Shown: in pieces, positions 13,608 to 28,345 of the stretch
Position numbering within the stretch: position 1 is the stretch's first letter
Layout of the letters: each line of letters begins with the position of its first letter
NCBI GenBank assembly: GCA_012295275.1
Contig: CM022672.1
Coordinates: forward strand, 30,876,001 to 30,940,000
DNA length: 64,000 nucleotides
Source: Chrysomallon squamiferum
Lineage: Eukaryota > Animalia > Mollusca
Direction of reading: 5' to 3'
Translations under genes and position numbers: made by a program
The notes under the pieces: generated by a model
The model's input: only the letters and a program-made list of their open reading frames with translations
Databases searched by the model: none
What the model was told of the DNA's origin: nothing

Positions 13608-14792
13608 CTACATCTGTCTGCGAAATAGTTTCATCCACAATAGTTTGCATTCCAGTCTAAACTGCAAGTTGCAGAAGCCATAGATAACAGGGTTAGAGGC
13701 ACTGTTTAAGAAATACGACCTCAGAAAGAGATTGTACGCTGCAGTTCCCCAGGAATCCAAACCATCGAACATTTCCTGGTACACTGCACGAGCAGCCATT
13801 AAGACTAAATGAGGAAGAAAACTGAGAACAAACACGAGCGTTATTAGGAAGAGCATGAATGTTGTCTTTCTCACGTTCTGCTCTCGTTTACACAGCCTGT
13901 GCCTTGCCAAATGTTTCAGTGTCCTATTAGAAATGAATGATTCTGTTAGTTTTGTTCTATGAACTTCTTCGTCTGTGTAGTTTGTCGCAGGAGGTGAGAA
14001 ATCGGATGCGGACATCACACTCGTGTTTGGTAATGAATACTGCACCTTTTCTCGTTGCCTGTTGACAACGTATCGTTTTTTGTTCCTTCTCTGCTCCATC
14101 TGATTGGAAATCTTGCGCCATATTTTCACGTAGAGAATTACTAACACAGATGTGGAGATGAAAAAAATCAGAAAAAGTACACAGTTGTAAATAAGTGGAT
14201 GCAACGTCCCGATGTAACGATCTTGCGTGGAACAGTCAGTTCCGTTAATGAAAGAGTTACTAGTCGTGACTGTTCGCAATCCATACAACCAAAACGCTGG
14301 ACTTGAGACAAAGACAGATCCTACACAACCCAACGCAATGGCAATCTTGGCAAAATGTAAAGTCATCTGTTTCGAGAGCGGTTTGCAGATCTTTCTGTAT
14401 CTGTCAGCTGCAATTATGAGGAGGACTGCTGCAGATCCAAAAGCAGAGAAGCCATTACAGAAACTGAGGACCTTGCACAAAATGACGTTCCTGAAAGTAT
14501 AGTTATTAGTCAAGTCCAGTATGTCGCCTGGTATTCCGATGCAGCACGATAATAAATCGAAAACCGCCAAAGCTAACACGCAGCATCTCGTAGTACTTCT
14601 TTTGAATTTCAGCAGATAAATGTAACACACGACTAAGTTTCCAGCGCAACCAACAGCCAGGATAGCTCCCAGAAATACAAATGCTGGAATGATGGAACGA
14701 GCAAATCTGTTATTCAGAGACTGAAGATATTCCTCTGCTTCAGCTGAGCTGAAGTTTTCATTTCCTCTTTCAAAGATGTATTCTGGTATCAT
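13608..14792 (-). CDS. Class A (rhodopsin-like) GPCR, orphan peptide-receptor-like, 394 aa, single coding exon
   Basis: Seven hydrophobic segments with GNLVV (TM1), LAVFD (TM2), Cys at the top of TM3, DRYRKICKP, ECL2 Cys (TDCS), SFLP (TM6) and NPVIY (TM7); N-terminal NFS sequon; acceptor TTTCAG ends 8 nt upstream of the ATG. Confidence 0.95.
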   Translation of the reverse strand: MIPEYIFERGNENFSSAEAEEYLQSLNNRFARSIIPAFVFLGAILAVGCAGNLVVCYIYLLKFKRSTTRCCVLALAVFDLLSCCIGIPGDILDLTNNYTFRNVILCKVLSFCNGFSAFGSAAVLLIIAADRYRKICKPLSKQMTLHFAKIAIALGCVGSVFVSSPAFWLYGLRTVTTSNSFINGTDCSTQDRYIGTLHPLIYNCVLFLIFFISTSVLVILYVKIWRKISNQMEQRRNKKRYVVNRQREKVQYSLPNTSVMSASDFSPPATNYTDEEVHRTKLTESFISNRTLKHLARHRLCKREQNVRKTTFMLFLITLVFVLSFLPHLVLMAARAVYQEMFDGLDSWGTAAYNLFLRSYFLNSASNPVIYGFCNLQFRLECKLLWMKLFRRQM

Positions 14793-16206
14793 TTCTGCCT
14801 CTGAAATATATTAATATAATTATGGGTATTTGTTTGACATTAAAAGCAACTTGGAAAACCTGTAGACATTTTGGTGAATCTGATTTTTGTTTAAACCTTT
14901 TCTAGCATCATGAACTTTACAGTAAAATAAACAAATTGAATTGATAGTCTGTGTTGCAACATGCATCTGGTTTCAATTTGCTGAAAAGCTTGTTATATTT
15001 CAAATATTTTTCTGATCACATGTTGATAAAAAAAAATATATAAAAAATCATGGAACTTTTTGTAACAGAATTCAATTAAATTTACTCATGGATAAGGCAG
15101 CAATAAATCAACAAAATATAAACAAAAACAGAAAACTGCATTGCTAGTTCCTTTTAAAAAAAAAAAAAAAACATTTTTACAATATAACAACAAAAAATAC
15201 AACAGTTCATAATTAAAAAGAATTATAAGTAACGAAATTATGTTACCTCTTAGCTTCAGATATTTTAAAGAAATGCCAGCTTAAACAGTTTAACGAAAAT
15301 GTGTCTTTGTTGTAATAAAGGGAAACTAAAATTAAATGTTATTACTCACTAGATAGGAGGCTGTTGTTAACAGTGAAATATCATCTGTGATACACACAGT
15401 GATAGTGTTCTTTCACTGTACACTTTTACAAGAGGGAAGATCTCATTGATGGTGTAGTTTCCTGTTTCAATATTGTTCTGTTTATTGTCTGCAATTCAGA
15501 TATTTGTTTCTGACTGACTGATAAGCTGAGAGAGGAAGTTTTTAATTTTAAAAAAATAATAAAAAATAAAATAAAGTTGTAATAATTAACATCAAATATG
15601 TTGTTATAGTAACTGAGCAGTTTGTTGACAATCCACTGATACTGTTAATGGACAATTTCTTCTCATTTTTTTTAATTTTTTACTTTTTTTCAGATATAAA
15701 GGTAGTTTTCAGCACACACCTCATAAATTGTGCTAACAAGATTTTCTTGCAAGTTTGCAGTTATTAGTTTGTTTGACACTCGAACAAATTTATATAAATA
15801 ATAATAATAACAATAACAATAATAAAAAGTAGTAAAATAATTACATTTTTGTACCATCAGAGCTAAAATACTGTAATATGATATTATATTAATCGAGGTA
15901 CAGTGGGACATACAATACTCTTGTTAATAAATGCTTGTGAAATTCTTTAAAAGGTTAATTTATAGCAAAATTGAATTAGTTTTTGAATGTAATCAGCAAT
16001 CTGTAGCACCAGTCAGAATTGTTTAAAGTGTCAGAAATAGTGTTTGGTTCAAGTGATTATGTTAACAATATGACAGAACTGGGGTTTGGGTTAAGTGATT
16101 TAACAATGTTATACTATGAATATGATTGGCACATGTATTTATTACCTGCAAATTACAATAATCCTTTTTTCTTGAAAAAAGAAAAATGAAAAAAATGTTG
16201 TTGTTC

Positions 16207-16243
<37 letters not shown>

Positions 16244-16449
16244 GGCATGTATAAACCATTTTGAAGAGATAAATTCTAATGCAGATGGTACAAGTTCTGA
16301 TTGGAGTAAAACAAAATAGGGATTTCTACTGAATGGAAGCAACTTACTTAGAGAAACATCTTCAGGTTCATACCATCCAAACTAATTACTGCTTCTAGAT
16401 TTCCAGAATTTCATCTCATGTTCAGCTTCATCAAACTGATCCTTTGCTC

Positions 16450-16975
16450 TAATGTAATACAGATCTACATTTCCACAAATGTACTTCATATTCACCTTCT
16501 TTCTTTGTTACAAGACCAGTATAATGTAATACAGATCTTCATTTCCACAAATGTACTTCATATTCACCTTCTTTCTTTGTTACAAGACCAGTATAATAAT
16601 GTAATACAGATCTACATTTCCACAAATGTACTTCATATTCACCTTCTTCTTTCTTTGTTACAAGACCAGTATAATAATGTTACAGATCTACATTTCAAAA
16701 CTTCATATTCACCTTCTTTCTTTGTTACAAGACCAGTATAATGTAATACAGATCTACATTTCCACAAATGTACTTCATATTCACCTTCTTTCTTTGTTAC
16801 AAGACCAGTATAATAATGTAATACAGATCTACATTTCCACAAATGTACTTCATATTCACCTTCTTTCTTTGTTACAAGACCAGTATAATGTAATACAGAT
16901 CTACATTTCCACAAATGTACTTCATATTCACCTTCTTTCTTTGTTACAAGACCAGTATAATGTAATACAGATTTC
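16450..16975. repeat. 72-75-bp tandem repeat, about 7 copies
   Basis: Unit AATGTAATACAGATCTACATTTCCACAAATGTACTTCATATTCACCTTCTTTCTTTGTTACAAGACCAGTAT. Confidence 0.95.
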
Positions 16976-18544
16976 TTAGTAAGTTTTATAAGATATGGAA
17001 TCTATAAGTCATATCTTTAATTCATTGTATGACTATCTAGACTGACTATCCACTGGTGAAGATCATCTCAGATGGATTTTGTATCGTTATATCTAAACAA
17101 AAATCTATCTGCTGTTCTCTGCCAATCAGTGGTAATTGTGTATCATTTTACTGCACCATGTGTTTTTTTTAATTATTGTAATTATTCAGTTTTTATTTTG
17201 ATTAGACCCTAAAACTGCTGAATTAAAAAATTATGTTTGCAATGAAAGATGTAACAAAGACTGGTAAAGAAATGTGAAATTTTAAATAGTTTGGTATTTG
17301 GAATTCATGTTTCGAACTTTACAATTGTACTATGTTTATTTACATCATAACATATTATTAAAAGTTAATGATGGGTTATAGAAAGAAAGTTTGAGGTGTT
17401 TCTGCGTTTCTTTGTTATTGTTTTTTTTTTAATTTTATTTAATTTTATTTTTTTGTTGTTGTTGTTGTTAATGTATGTATTCATTTCTGGTTTTTCCTCA
17501 AGACCTAATAGATAAAAGTAAACTGTATTTTCTTTACTTCTTTTGATAATTAATTACCTAAATGAAATTGATCGTGAAGAAATGCTACATTAATTAAAAC
17601 AATTAAAATTTCTTTTTATATATATATTTGATGAAAGTTGAAAAAAAAATATATATATATATCTGAAGTTAAAAACTTAAAAAAAAAAAAAATATATTTA
17701 AAACTTGAATGGGAATTTAAATTTTAAAATCTGAAATAAATCCAGCTATGTACATATTCTGAGAGAAAAAACAAACAGGTTTGTTTTTTTTAGAAAAGGG
17801 GAGGCCAACACTAACTTTGTTATTAATATTCTACATCGACATGTACGCACGCATACTCAGTAAATTGAGTAATGGAGAAAAAACTTGCATCCATTTTATT
17901 TTCTAACCATGACCGTGGACAACTTTGGACTTAAAAATGTACTACATTGGTGCACGTGTTCGTGAAAAGTCCTTCAACACTGCAGGGGAATCCTTGAAAA
18001 TGATACTTGTCCTTGAAAGGAACTTTTTTGTGTGTGTGTGTGTGTGTACACGTGCTTTGAAATATACTTGATTTAAAAAAAAATAATAATATTAATAATA
18101 AAAATAAAACGATACTGATCAATCGTTTCGTCAATGTTCGTATAAACCGTATTTATTTCCGTTTCTTTCCGTGATTACACGAATGCTCAAAAGACTGTCG
18201 CAGCTGTGTGTAATTGGAAGTGTGAAACACTTCAGACACAATTAATTACAGAACATGACCGTATACGTATAATTATAATCGACGAAGCATGTTCACTGCT
18301 CCGATATTATAACAAAACTTATAGTGTGTCTGTGGAATGGAGAGAAACAAAAAACACGAACAATTATTATTTAAGAAACGTTGATCAGTTCGGACAAGAT
18401 ACGTAACTGAAAAAGGAACGACGCGTCATTTTATAAGCTATTTCTAAGCAAGTATCCTCCCATGTATATGAGGTTATACGTTGTTGATTTTGTTTCTTCA
18501 AAATTGATGATTTTCCGTGGATTCCATATCTTTAATAATCACGT

Positions 18545-18593
<49 letters not shown>

Positions 18594-19438
18594 AGGAGAC
18601 GTACAAAAAGAAAATGACATAATAAACAACAACAACAACAATAAAAGGTTAATCAGTGTATATTCCTTAAGGTGTATTACAGTTAATACAATAAAATGTA
18701 CGAATTAGAAAACACTGACCAAAATAATAATTATAATAAATAAATAAAATGCATTAAAGGGAGACAATGCAAATAATTATTAATTTTAATGGCATATTCA
18801 TCAAATCGTACTAACGTACCATCGTACAAATAAAAAATTCACTTCAGTTAGAAAGAAATAACAAATATAATAATACTAATAAATAAATAAAATAATAATG
18901 AAATTCTTAAATTATATATTTATTTTAAGTCTAGGTTTAAACTTATTTTATGATTAGAACACGCAATACCTTACAAATGATAGAGTTTTATATTAAATAC
19001 TTATTTCAGAACACGTTTATAATTTTAAAACAATTTAATTAACCTTGTCATTTTTATCCTGGAAGTAATGGTTAAAATACTGAAAGTGAGGGATGACAAA
19101 GGTATGCAAGTGATAACTGAAAAGTCTTTATAGTAGTTTTATCCATAAGAAAAGAAATTTATTTGCATGTTATATTAACAGAAATAGAAAAGGATGGCTT
19201 ATTTGTTTCACTGAAAAAAGTTCATTAAGTGCAAAGTTCAGACTGGTTTCTTGTCAGCCCGTAATTATAATACTATGTGACCGTAGATATTAAATAATAA
19301 TAATAATAAAACAAATTATTTCCAATGATCGCTTTTTCAATGAAAATTTTTAGGATTGTTAATATACTGAATATTATTAAGTGTAAAAATCGATATTTTG
19401 TTTTTATTGTTATTTATTTATCATCATCATCATTATCA

Positions 19439-19508
<70 letters not shown>

Positions 19509-20010
19509 TATATTATCTGTTTATTTTTAATTATTATATTTTTATTATTTATATATTTATTTTATTTCTTTATTAATTCATTGACACTTACTTTAAAAAA
19601 TTTTTTATTCTTGAACATTGTCAAAATGTCGATTTTTCGAATCCGCTCTCAATCCAGGCATTAAGGCAAAATGAGTGAGGCCTTGAAAAAATCGAATTGT
19701 GTATGAAGAAATGTATCAAATAAATAATGTTTTCTCAAACTGTTTTAAAAGTTATTGGCAAATAACAACAACAAAAATATAATAACAACAACAAACAACA
19801 GACGACGACGAATAAGCAACAGCAACCTCAATAATATTAACAAACGAGGACGACATCATTTTAATAATAATAATAATAATAATAAATATATCTAACATAT
19901 TTTTATTTATCTAAGTCAGAAAATTGGTAATTATTTCGTCTTACAAATTAATATGAATCCTCTTTCGATTATAAAACTTATTTTTTGTTTGTTTCTTTTT
20001 TCTTTTTTAC

Positions 20011-20068
<58 letters not shown>

Positions 20069-20785
20069 TGCTGTTATTATCATAATTTTTTGTTTTTTTT
20101 GTTACATATATGATATAAGAAACAAACATTACTTACAAGAAACTACTAGTCAAATACTAGTCCCATATATACATCATTTAGTTATTAAGGATTAAAAATG
20201 GCTGTCACTCAGAGATTTTATTATGTACTTTGATAGTTTCACATTAATAGAAATTAAAAAAAATAATAATAATAAAACTAAGAGAAATCTCTGAGTCCAT
20301 TTGTCATGACTGCAAAAATGTACACTTCAGAATAATTTATTTTTAATTTTGTGTTTGATTTTGACTATGATTGTGGATTGAAACAAATCAAGTATTTTTA
20401 AAACACATTTTGTCTTTCCTCACTTGTTAAAACTCCACGTTCATTCATTGTTTTTTTAAACTGATATCTTGATGTATACTGTTTGATTAACCACATCATA
20501 TGCAAGTCCTGAAGCGCTGAAATAATGCACGTGTCTCTCATTTAACAATATTTTAGTTGTCATAGTATTTCGAGTTTACTCAACTCATTAACTTTTGTGG
20601 TTGACGTCATCAATAACCGTGTTTCCTGCACTTTTTAGTTATGATGCGTTTACATTGCCGAGATCACGTTAATAAATTAAACACGAGCACGGAAATGAGT
20701 TGTCTCCGAACAAACATAATGATAATGTAATGCTGGAAAAAGAGGAAATTTCTTGAAACAGAAATTTTATCTATCATAATTATGC

Positions 20786-21025
20786 CAGTGGTGTGCAGAG
20801 GTCTGGTGATGCCCGGGGCCAACTCCTTGATTGTATGCCCCAAAGACTCAAGTGTAAGGCCTGGTACTGAGAAATATTACGAGTAGGGAAGATATTTTGA
20901 ATGTGTAAACATAAAATAAACACTTTATTCAATTTAAATATAAAGTTTACCCAAATGAATGCCCTTCCCCATTTGGATGACCGGGGCCACTGCCCCTTCG
21001 CTTCCCTCCCCTCTGCGTGTCACTG
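20786..21025. mobile_element. Non-autonomous hAT-type MITE (240 bp)
   Basis: Imperfect TIRs CAGTGGTGTGCAGAGG / CCTCTGCGTGTCACTG flanked by a perfect 8-bp target-site duplication AATTATGC (20778-20785 and 21026-21033). Confidence 0.88.
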
Positions 21026-21064
21026 AATTATGCTTTTCTGTAATTTTTTCTTTCATTTCCTTTT

Positions 21065-21095
<31 letters not shown>

Positions 21096-21728
21096 TTTTA
21101 TCTTTTTAAAAAAATTAGTTTGTTATTATTATTTTTTAATTTTATTTATTTTTGTTGTTTTTTCGCTTGATCTCTTTATAGTAAATTGTAATAAATGAAG
21201 GTGTTCTTTCATATTATTCACAAATTACATAATTCAGATTTTGAAAAATAAACTAATTTCACTGTTTTTGTAATTAAAAAAAAAAAAATTATATTATTAT
21301 TTATTTTTTAAATTTTATTTTATTTATTGAATTATTTATTTAATGCGTTTTTTTTATATTACTAATTATTTTCTATTTTTATTCGTCTTGTTTTATGATG
21401 AATTTTTTTTCACAAGCTTTCAGTTGTAGTGATCGAAAGCAAAATTAATTTTGTTTATGTTATCTTTCGAGTATAATTTCTGTTTAAACGTGGGCTGTTG
21501 TTTACATCTCACGTTTCTAAACACCCATACGCCTCTTCATATCCTTAAAGATTACGTACCAATACTATTATATCCACAGCGTGTTATATTACTTTGTTGT
21601 TGTGTTGCGGGGTGGGGGGTCGGAAAATAAGAAATTTAATTAAAACATCTTAAGAATAACTGTGTGTGTATGGGTGTGTGTGTTTATTTCTTGATAACTG
21701 TCTCAAATAAATAAATAACAAAAAAATG

Positions 21729-21763
<35 letters not shown>

Positions 21764-22333
21764 GATAAATAAATAATAAAAAAAAAAAGGATAAATAAAT
21801 AAATAATAGTAATAATAAACATAAATAGATAAATAATGATGAAGATTTAATAATAAAAATAATAATAATAACAACCATAATAATAATTAAATAATACACT
21901 CATCTACAGAACAACAAACTCTGACGGGACCCACCCATAGCAAAGTGAAACAGCAGACGAAACATACGTAACGAATGAACCGAACGTTATCATGGCAACG
22001 CCGCCATTTGTACATAACATTTCTGAACTTGCGTCGTTCAGCTAATCTGAAAATAACCTAAGGGATTATCTCGTGTCATTTTAAACAAATACTGAATCAT
22101 CTGGGCTGACCGCACACCGCTTAATTATTGGGTCTATTAAAACGCTGTATATGCATTTGATTTCAGCTTGTTCGTAACTATCCAGCGAAATTTCTGTTGA
22201 TACGTGGGCATTTGTTTACACTTCCGTTTCTACCATACGCCCATTCGCGTCTTCATATCCTTCCAGTTTTTACTTAGTCAGTGCTGTGATATCCAGAGCA
22301 TGCACGATCACTCTGTGTTCACGTGTTGTTGTT

Positions 22334-22392
<59 letters not shown>

Positions 22393-22506
22393 AAAGAAGA
22401 TTGAAAATAAAATTTAATAAAAAGAAAAAAAAAAGAAAGTGATATTTGTTGTTGAAATAAATTGCATTCAGATAGCATCCTTTCAGTTTTAATATATTTT
22501 CCTTAA

Positions 22507-22562
<56 letters not shown>

Positions 22563-24597
22563 GCTAGGTCTTTAATGCACGAATCAATTCACGAATAATT
22601 AAAGGGATTTACCTCATGCGATTTATAGTGGATGTTAAATAAAAGGATATTTAGCGACACCTCGGCTTTGTTTGTTTGGGGTTTTTTTTGGGGGGGTGTT
22701 ATTTATTGTTAGTATTAATTTTGTATTAATAATATTTTTGTTGCTGTTGTTTGTTTATTTATTTATTTTATTTTATTTCATTTTATTTTATTTGTTTAAT
22801 TATACCAACAAGAGTTTTTCTGTAATTTCATCCAGAGTGAATTATTATAGTGTACTTATTTTATTTTATTTCACTTTATTTATTTATTTATTTATTTATT
22901 ATATACCCGCTATCGACAGTCCATCCTAACCATCCGCATATAGTACGGTTATTAAAATAACTAAGTTCAACATTTCTAATCGGGAGAAAAAATGGGAGAG
23001 AGAGAAACCGCCAAAATAAGCTAGATATCAGGACCGAATTAATCTTCACAATGCGGATTCGGATGACAGGTACAATCCGTTACTTCATGACGACTAGTGT
23101 TCCAAAGACTCGAAATGTATCGGTTAAAAACATAATTTCTGAAATTAAAAGAGACTGCATATAATCGCAATCTATACTCTGTGTTTAGAATAATATCTGT
23201 GTTAAGAGGGTGGCTGGGGTAAACTATTAAATGTTCAGATTAAATGTTTGGTAAGCGTTTTCTTCTCCTTTGTTTTTTTCTTCTTCTTCTTCTTTTTTTT
23301 TTTTTTTTTTTCTATAGGTATTGGTCAAGTTGAGATTTCGTATATTGTGAATGGATATCCCAAGTGTTTTTAAGCCAGAAAATAATTAGTATTAAACAGA
23401 TATCAGTGAAAGTGAATTTCTGATGTAGATAAATAGATAGACAGACAGAAAGATAGCAAGTTAGAAAGATTAAACAGAGAGACAGACAGATAGATAGACA
23501 GATAGAGAGACTGATAGACAAATCTTTATTTCAAACACAGTGTCTTTCATAATGTCGTTCTGAGTGTAAGCTGATGATCTTAGAATTATAACAAATTCAA
23601 GTCTGTGAAAATTATTTCAGATGTAAATGAAATTCACTGAATTACAAATGTCAGGAAATTTTGCATATAATGAAGAGCGATTTACGTTTTACTTTTCTTA
23701 CCATACGGACAGAATGTATTTACTCCTATACTTAATTTTTTCTTCTAGTGTTTTGTTTCGGTTGCATCTTAAAGTCTAAAGACTCTCTCAAGTGGCTAAT
23801 CAAAGAACAAAAATTCTTTTTCAATATGCTGCCAGAAAAAAAACCCAAGAATACGTGTTACTGGAAGAGAGAGAGAAACAAAAGGTGATATTAAAATATT
23901 AATAACTATTTGTGCAAATGTATTGCCGCATTATCAAACATTCTCTTATTAATTCCGCAGCAGTAAGATTAAAACTCAGTTATTAACTGTAACGTAAGCG
24001 ACGTTTTTCTTCTAATTTGGGCCGCTTCCGTTTACGCAAAACCTGTTGATTCTCATGAAACTATATTAAAAAAAACTATAAAAGAAAACTTACGAGCTTC
24101 GTACTTTCAAATAAAATACGTTCATTTTATTCGTTATATTTTTAATATCGCTTAACTTTAATAAAGAAAATGAAAAACAAAATTAAAAATGGAATTAGAA
24201 CTATAATAATTTTAGCGTCGAGAAGGAAAACACAAACATCCTGTCAAATTTCATGCAGGTGTATTTCAGATCGACCCAGCTAGGAGGGGCCGGGAAGACA
24301 ATTAATCAAAACGTTTGTTGTCACAGTCGATGTTTGGACTAACAGACACCTGGTGTGTGTGGTCTCCACCTTAATACTGAATTTACGACTAATAATTTGT
24401 CCAATGAAATGGGTGGTGGGTATAGACAAATATATAAATAAAAGTAACCCCTGAGACTTTGCAAGGTGAACGGCTGGAAACGACATGCTAATGTCTACAG
24501 AGTAATTACTAAAAAAAAATCAGAAATTTTAAAATAGATATTTCGGCAGTTAAGAAAGTGTCTTCTACTAATCCGAAGAAACAGCTACTACTACTAC

Positions 24598-24629
<32 letters not shown>

Positions 24630-24643
24630 GTAAAGAAAACAGT

Positions 24644-27600
24644 ATGTTCAAAAAAGTACTTTTGTTTCTTTTAGCCGTTGCAGCAGAAGGAAAGCTAACT
24701 GTAAGTTGTTTATGCTGTTTATTATCTTGAAAATCATTTTTATTATTATTTTTTTATTTTTATTTTTATTTTTTTGCTGTATATTAATACTGTTTTTTTA
24801 TTAATTTCGTGGTAATATTAATACAATTTTATATTAATTTGTCATATTTTTTTTTAAATGCAACTGAATACAAATTCTGTTATATATTAATATTGTTTTA
24901 TATTAATTTCGTGGTAATAATAATACAATTCTATATTAATTTGTCGTATTTTTTTAAATAGAGCTGTATACAAATTATGTTATATATTAATACTATTTTA
25001 TTAATTTCGAGGTAAGTTAACCTTCTATTAATTTGTCGTATTTTTCAAATACAACTGTATACAAATTCTGTTATATATTAATACTGCTTTTATATTAACT
25101 TCGTTGTAATTATTGCTATTATACTAAATCTGTTGGAGATTATTATCACAATCTTATACTAATTTGTTGTATATTCATACAGTTTCATAATATTTTTGTT
25201 GTACATTATTAATAATATAGAAAAAAAATATATATATATATGTATAGAGAGAGAGAGAGAGAGATAAACTGTATACTGTATAAATTGTATACTAATTCAC
25301 TATTTCTATTATTATATTTTGTCAGTGAATGATATTTATTTTAGAACGTGAAAAACAGAAACGTCTGTTTTACGTCCATTTTTCTTCAGAACGTAAAAGT
25401 AAAGAAACTGGCAAAGACTAAATTATTTTAATATACACGTATATTATTATTATCACATATAAAGAAATTAGCTGTAAATTCCTAGCGCTCTTCAGCTTAT
25501 GCGGACCCTAAATGCATTTTACCAGTTTATAATATTAGCGACGCGTTTGCCAGCATTTCATACCTTCTTGGAAAACATGATTTCCTTTAGTGGGAAAAAA
25601 AATAAATAATAATAATAACTCCACTTTTTTTGCTACTGGATAACTGAACAATCTGATAATTATTAGTTTATTAGTCTATGCTATTTCGAGGAACTTACAG
25701 AAGCACACTTATGAAAGAACAATTAAAGGCATTTGGCTGTCGGAAGAATATACATAGATTTAAAAGATTTCTTTAATGTTTTTTGTTTCTTACTCTGTTA
25801 TAATATCAAATCGATACGATTAAAATATATTAAAATGATTACTGAAGCATTCTTTAAATTAAAAAAACAAACGTTTTTTAACTAGAATAAGAAAAGAAAA
25901 CACGAAGAATGTTTTTATAATATATTAAAGAAAAAATTTCGTTATTAAGAAAAGACTAAAAGGGGGGCATCATTTCAAAGGTTCATTTTCCTTTTGTAGG
26001 AGGGAATATATATAATTAAAACGATTTAAAACTAAAGTAAGAAACAGAAAGACAAGAAAGACCTGTCATTATATTCCAGTCCGATTCTCGTGGCCCCATT
26101 TCACCATTTCAAATAATTGTTAAAGTTAGACCCGTAGGTTAAATTTCATTTTATGAATTTCTGTGAATTAAGCAATGGAGTTGCACGTTATACTTAAATA
26201 GCATTTATCATTTGTCCTGTGTTTTCACAGGGTAGCAAAGGGGCGCTACCTCTCAGGCTGGGAAACCGATTTAGATCACTTTCTGTGACACCGTTTTATT
26301 TGGACTAAACTAATCGGAAGGGACTGAAAAACATACAGTTGCCGCAGAAATATGCAGATCTCGTTTTATAACAAATCTGTATTAACCACATAGCCACCGA
26401 AAGCAGTTTTAGTTTAACTTTTAGTTGCTTTATTTAATTTATTTATTTATTTAATCATTTATTTGTTTATTTTCCTTTTATTTATTTGTTTATATTATTT
26501 TTATTTATTTATTAATTTTAATAAATTTCCTTGTTTCCAGCAGTTATTCATTTTGTAATAAAATATTTTAAATGATAAATTTAATAATCTCTATATTACT
26601 GTATTATTCAGCTAAATGCAACAAACTATCATCAAAATTTGAATCGATAATGATAGAAACATTTTTTCAATATATTAATATATATATTATTAATTATTAA
26701 TCTTTTTAATTAATTAATTTTTTTATTAATGAGGTTAAATTTCAGTGAAAAACGGAATATGTTGCAACTGAATTGGGAAAGACGTAAATTATCGGAACCA
26801 AAGTGATTGCTCATCGCAAATACTCTTTTCACAAACCTGTCGTGTTTTGTTGATGTTATTGTGGTTAATCTCATGTATTTTCAGATGTGTCATGTTTTAG
26901 TTTCTTTTTATTGTCGTTGATTACATGTATATTGAAATATTTATTATATTTTGTAGCCAGGTTGTATGTAGCCTTAATTATTTGGATCTGCTTTGAGGTG
27001 CCTCCGGTTTCAGTGGTGGAAAATACCGAATAACTAGCTTATGTTTCGCTTGTTACCCCGCCTACTTTATCGCTTCGCCGTAAATAAATAAATGACTTAT
27101 TTGATTAGTTGTTTATGCGTATCGTTAAAATGAAGTAGGGGAAATCCATGACATGGTCACATGTTACATCTATTAAAATTTTAAATCATTTACGGCTATT
27201 TCGAAAAACCGGCCCGTGAACGTTGCTCCGCAAGTTTACAATTATGAATTCTCGATTCATTACGTTATCTGAAACTGTAACATAGCGGCTCGAAAGAAAC
27301 GATTTTAACCTTCGTCTCTCTGTGATTACTTAATTTATTTTCCCCAAACGTTAATAATCTGATAATATCTTTGAATTTCTTCAACCATTAACAAGATAAA
27401 ATTCTACGATGCATTATTAATTATCTTCTAACCCTAATTATGATGTCACAGTAAACTGATTTAAGGCAAGTCTAGGAATTTCTTTCATTTTGTAAATGGC
27501 CTCGTTTATCTGTCTTGTATGATCAGCGGGTTGTAAAGAGTTTGTTGTCTTTTGTGTTTTGATAACCATGGTCGTAAAACAGACGGGGTGAATAGAAAGA

Positions 27601-27815
27601 ATTTACATTACTTTTGGGAAAACTGCCTGCCATTACAATAAATTTAAGCGTTACTGAACACGATAGACTGATATTATTGTTTCAGTTAAGGGAAATGCGC
27701 AGCGGGGTACTGCTATTCTAACCGAGTTACTTAGAGAAATCTTTTTAAATAACTGGCGTTAACGGCGATTAAAAAGTTAAGGACATATACAAAAGTAAAA
27801 AAAAAAAAAGAAGAG

Positions 27816-27859
<44 letters not shown>

Positions 27860-28254
27860 ATAAATTTTAAAAATAATTTTAAAAATAATAATAAATATTA
27901 AATCAATAAATAAATGTTTAAAAAATGTTTAAAAATGTTTCTTCTTTTACACCTCTTCAGAGAAAAGGAATGTATTTAAATCCATAACGCAATTTAAAAC
28001 AAATATATATATATATATATTTATTATTCTGTTGTACGAACTTACGATATTCTTTCAGCATTGATTTTCATCCTCCCATGGAGAAAAAAAAACTTTCTAA
28101 AATTTGTGTTACAATGCACTTCAGATATGTTAACCATTGTTGACTTTATTTCTGTTGGTTGATTTTCAGTAGCTTGCTTCAAACTATTTCCATCTTTTAA
28201 CTTTAATTTATTATCTACTAATCCTACTACTACTACTACTACTAGTACTACTAT

Positions 28255-28345
<91 letters not shown>

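Noticed and set aside
14227-14502. Plus-strand 91-aa ORF
   Set aside because: Antisense shadow of the GPCR coding sequence.
16418-16979. Repeat-protein ORFs on both strands
   Set aside because: Produced by a 72/75-bp tandem repeat; the frame breaks mid-array and there is no splice or domain support.
19325-22929. Poly-I/Y/F hydrophobic ORFs
   Set aside because: (ATT)n, (ATTT)n and poly-T tracts.
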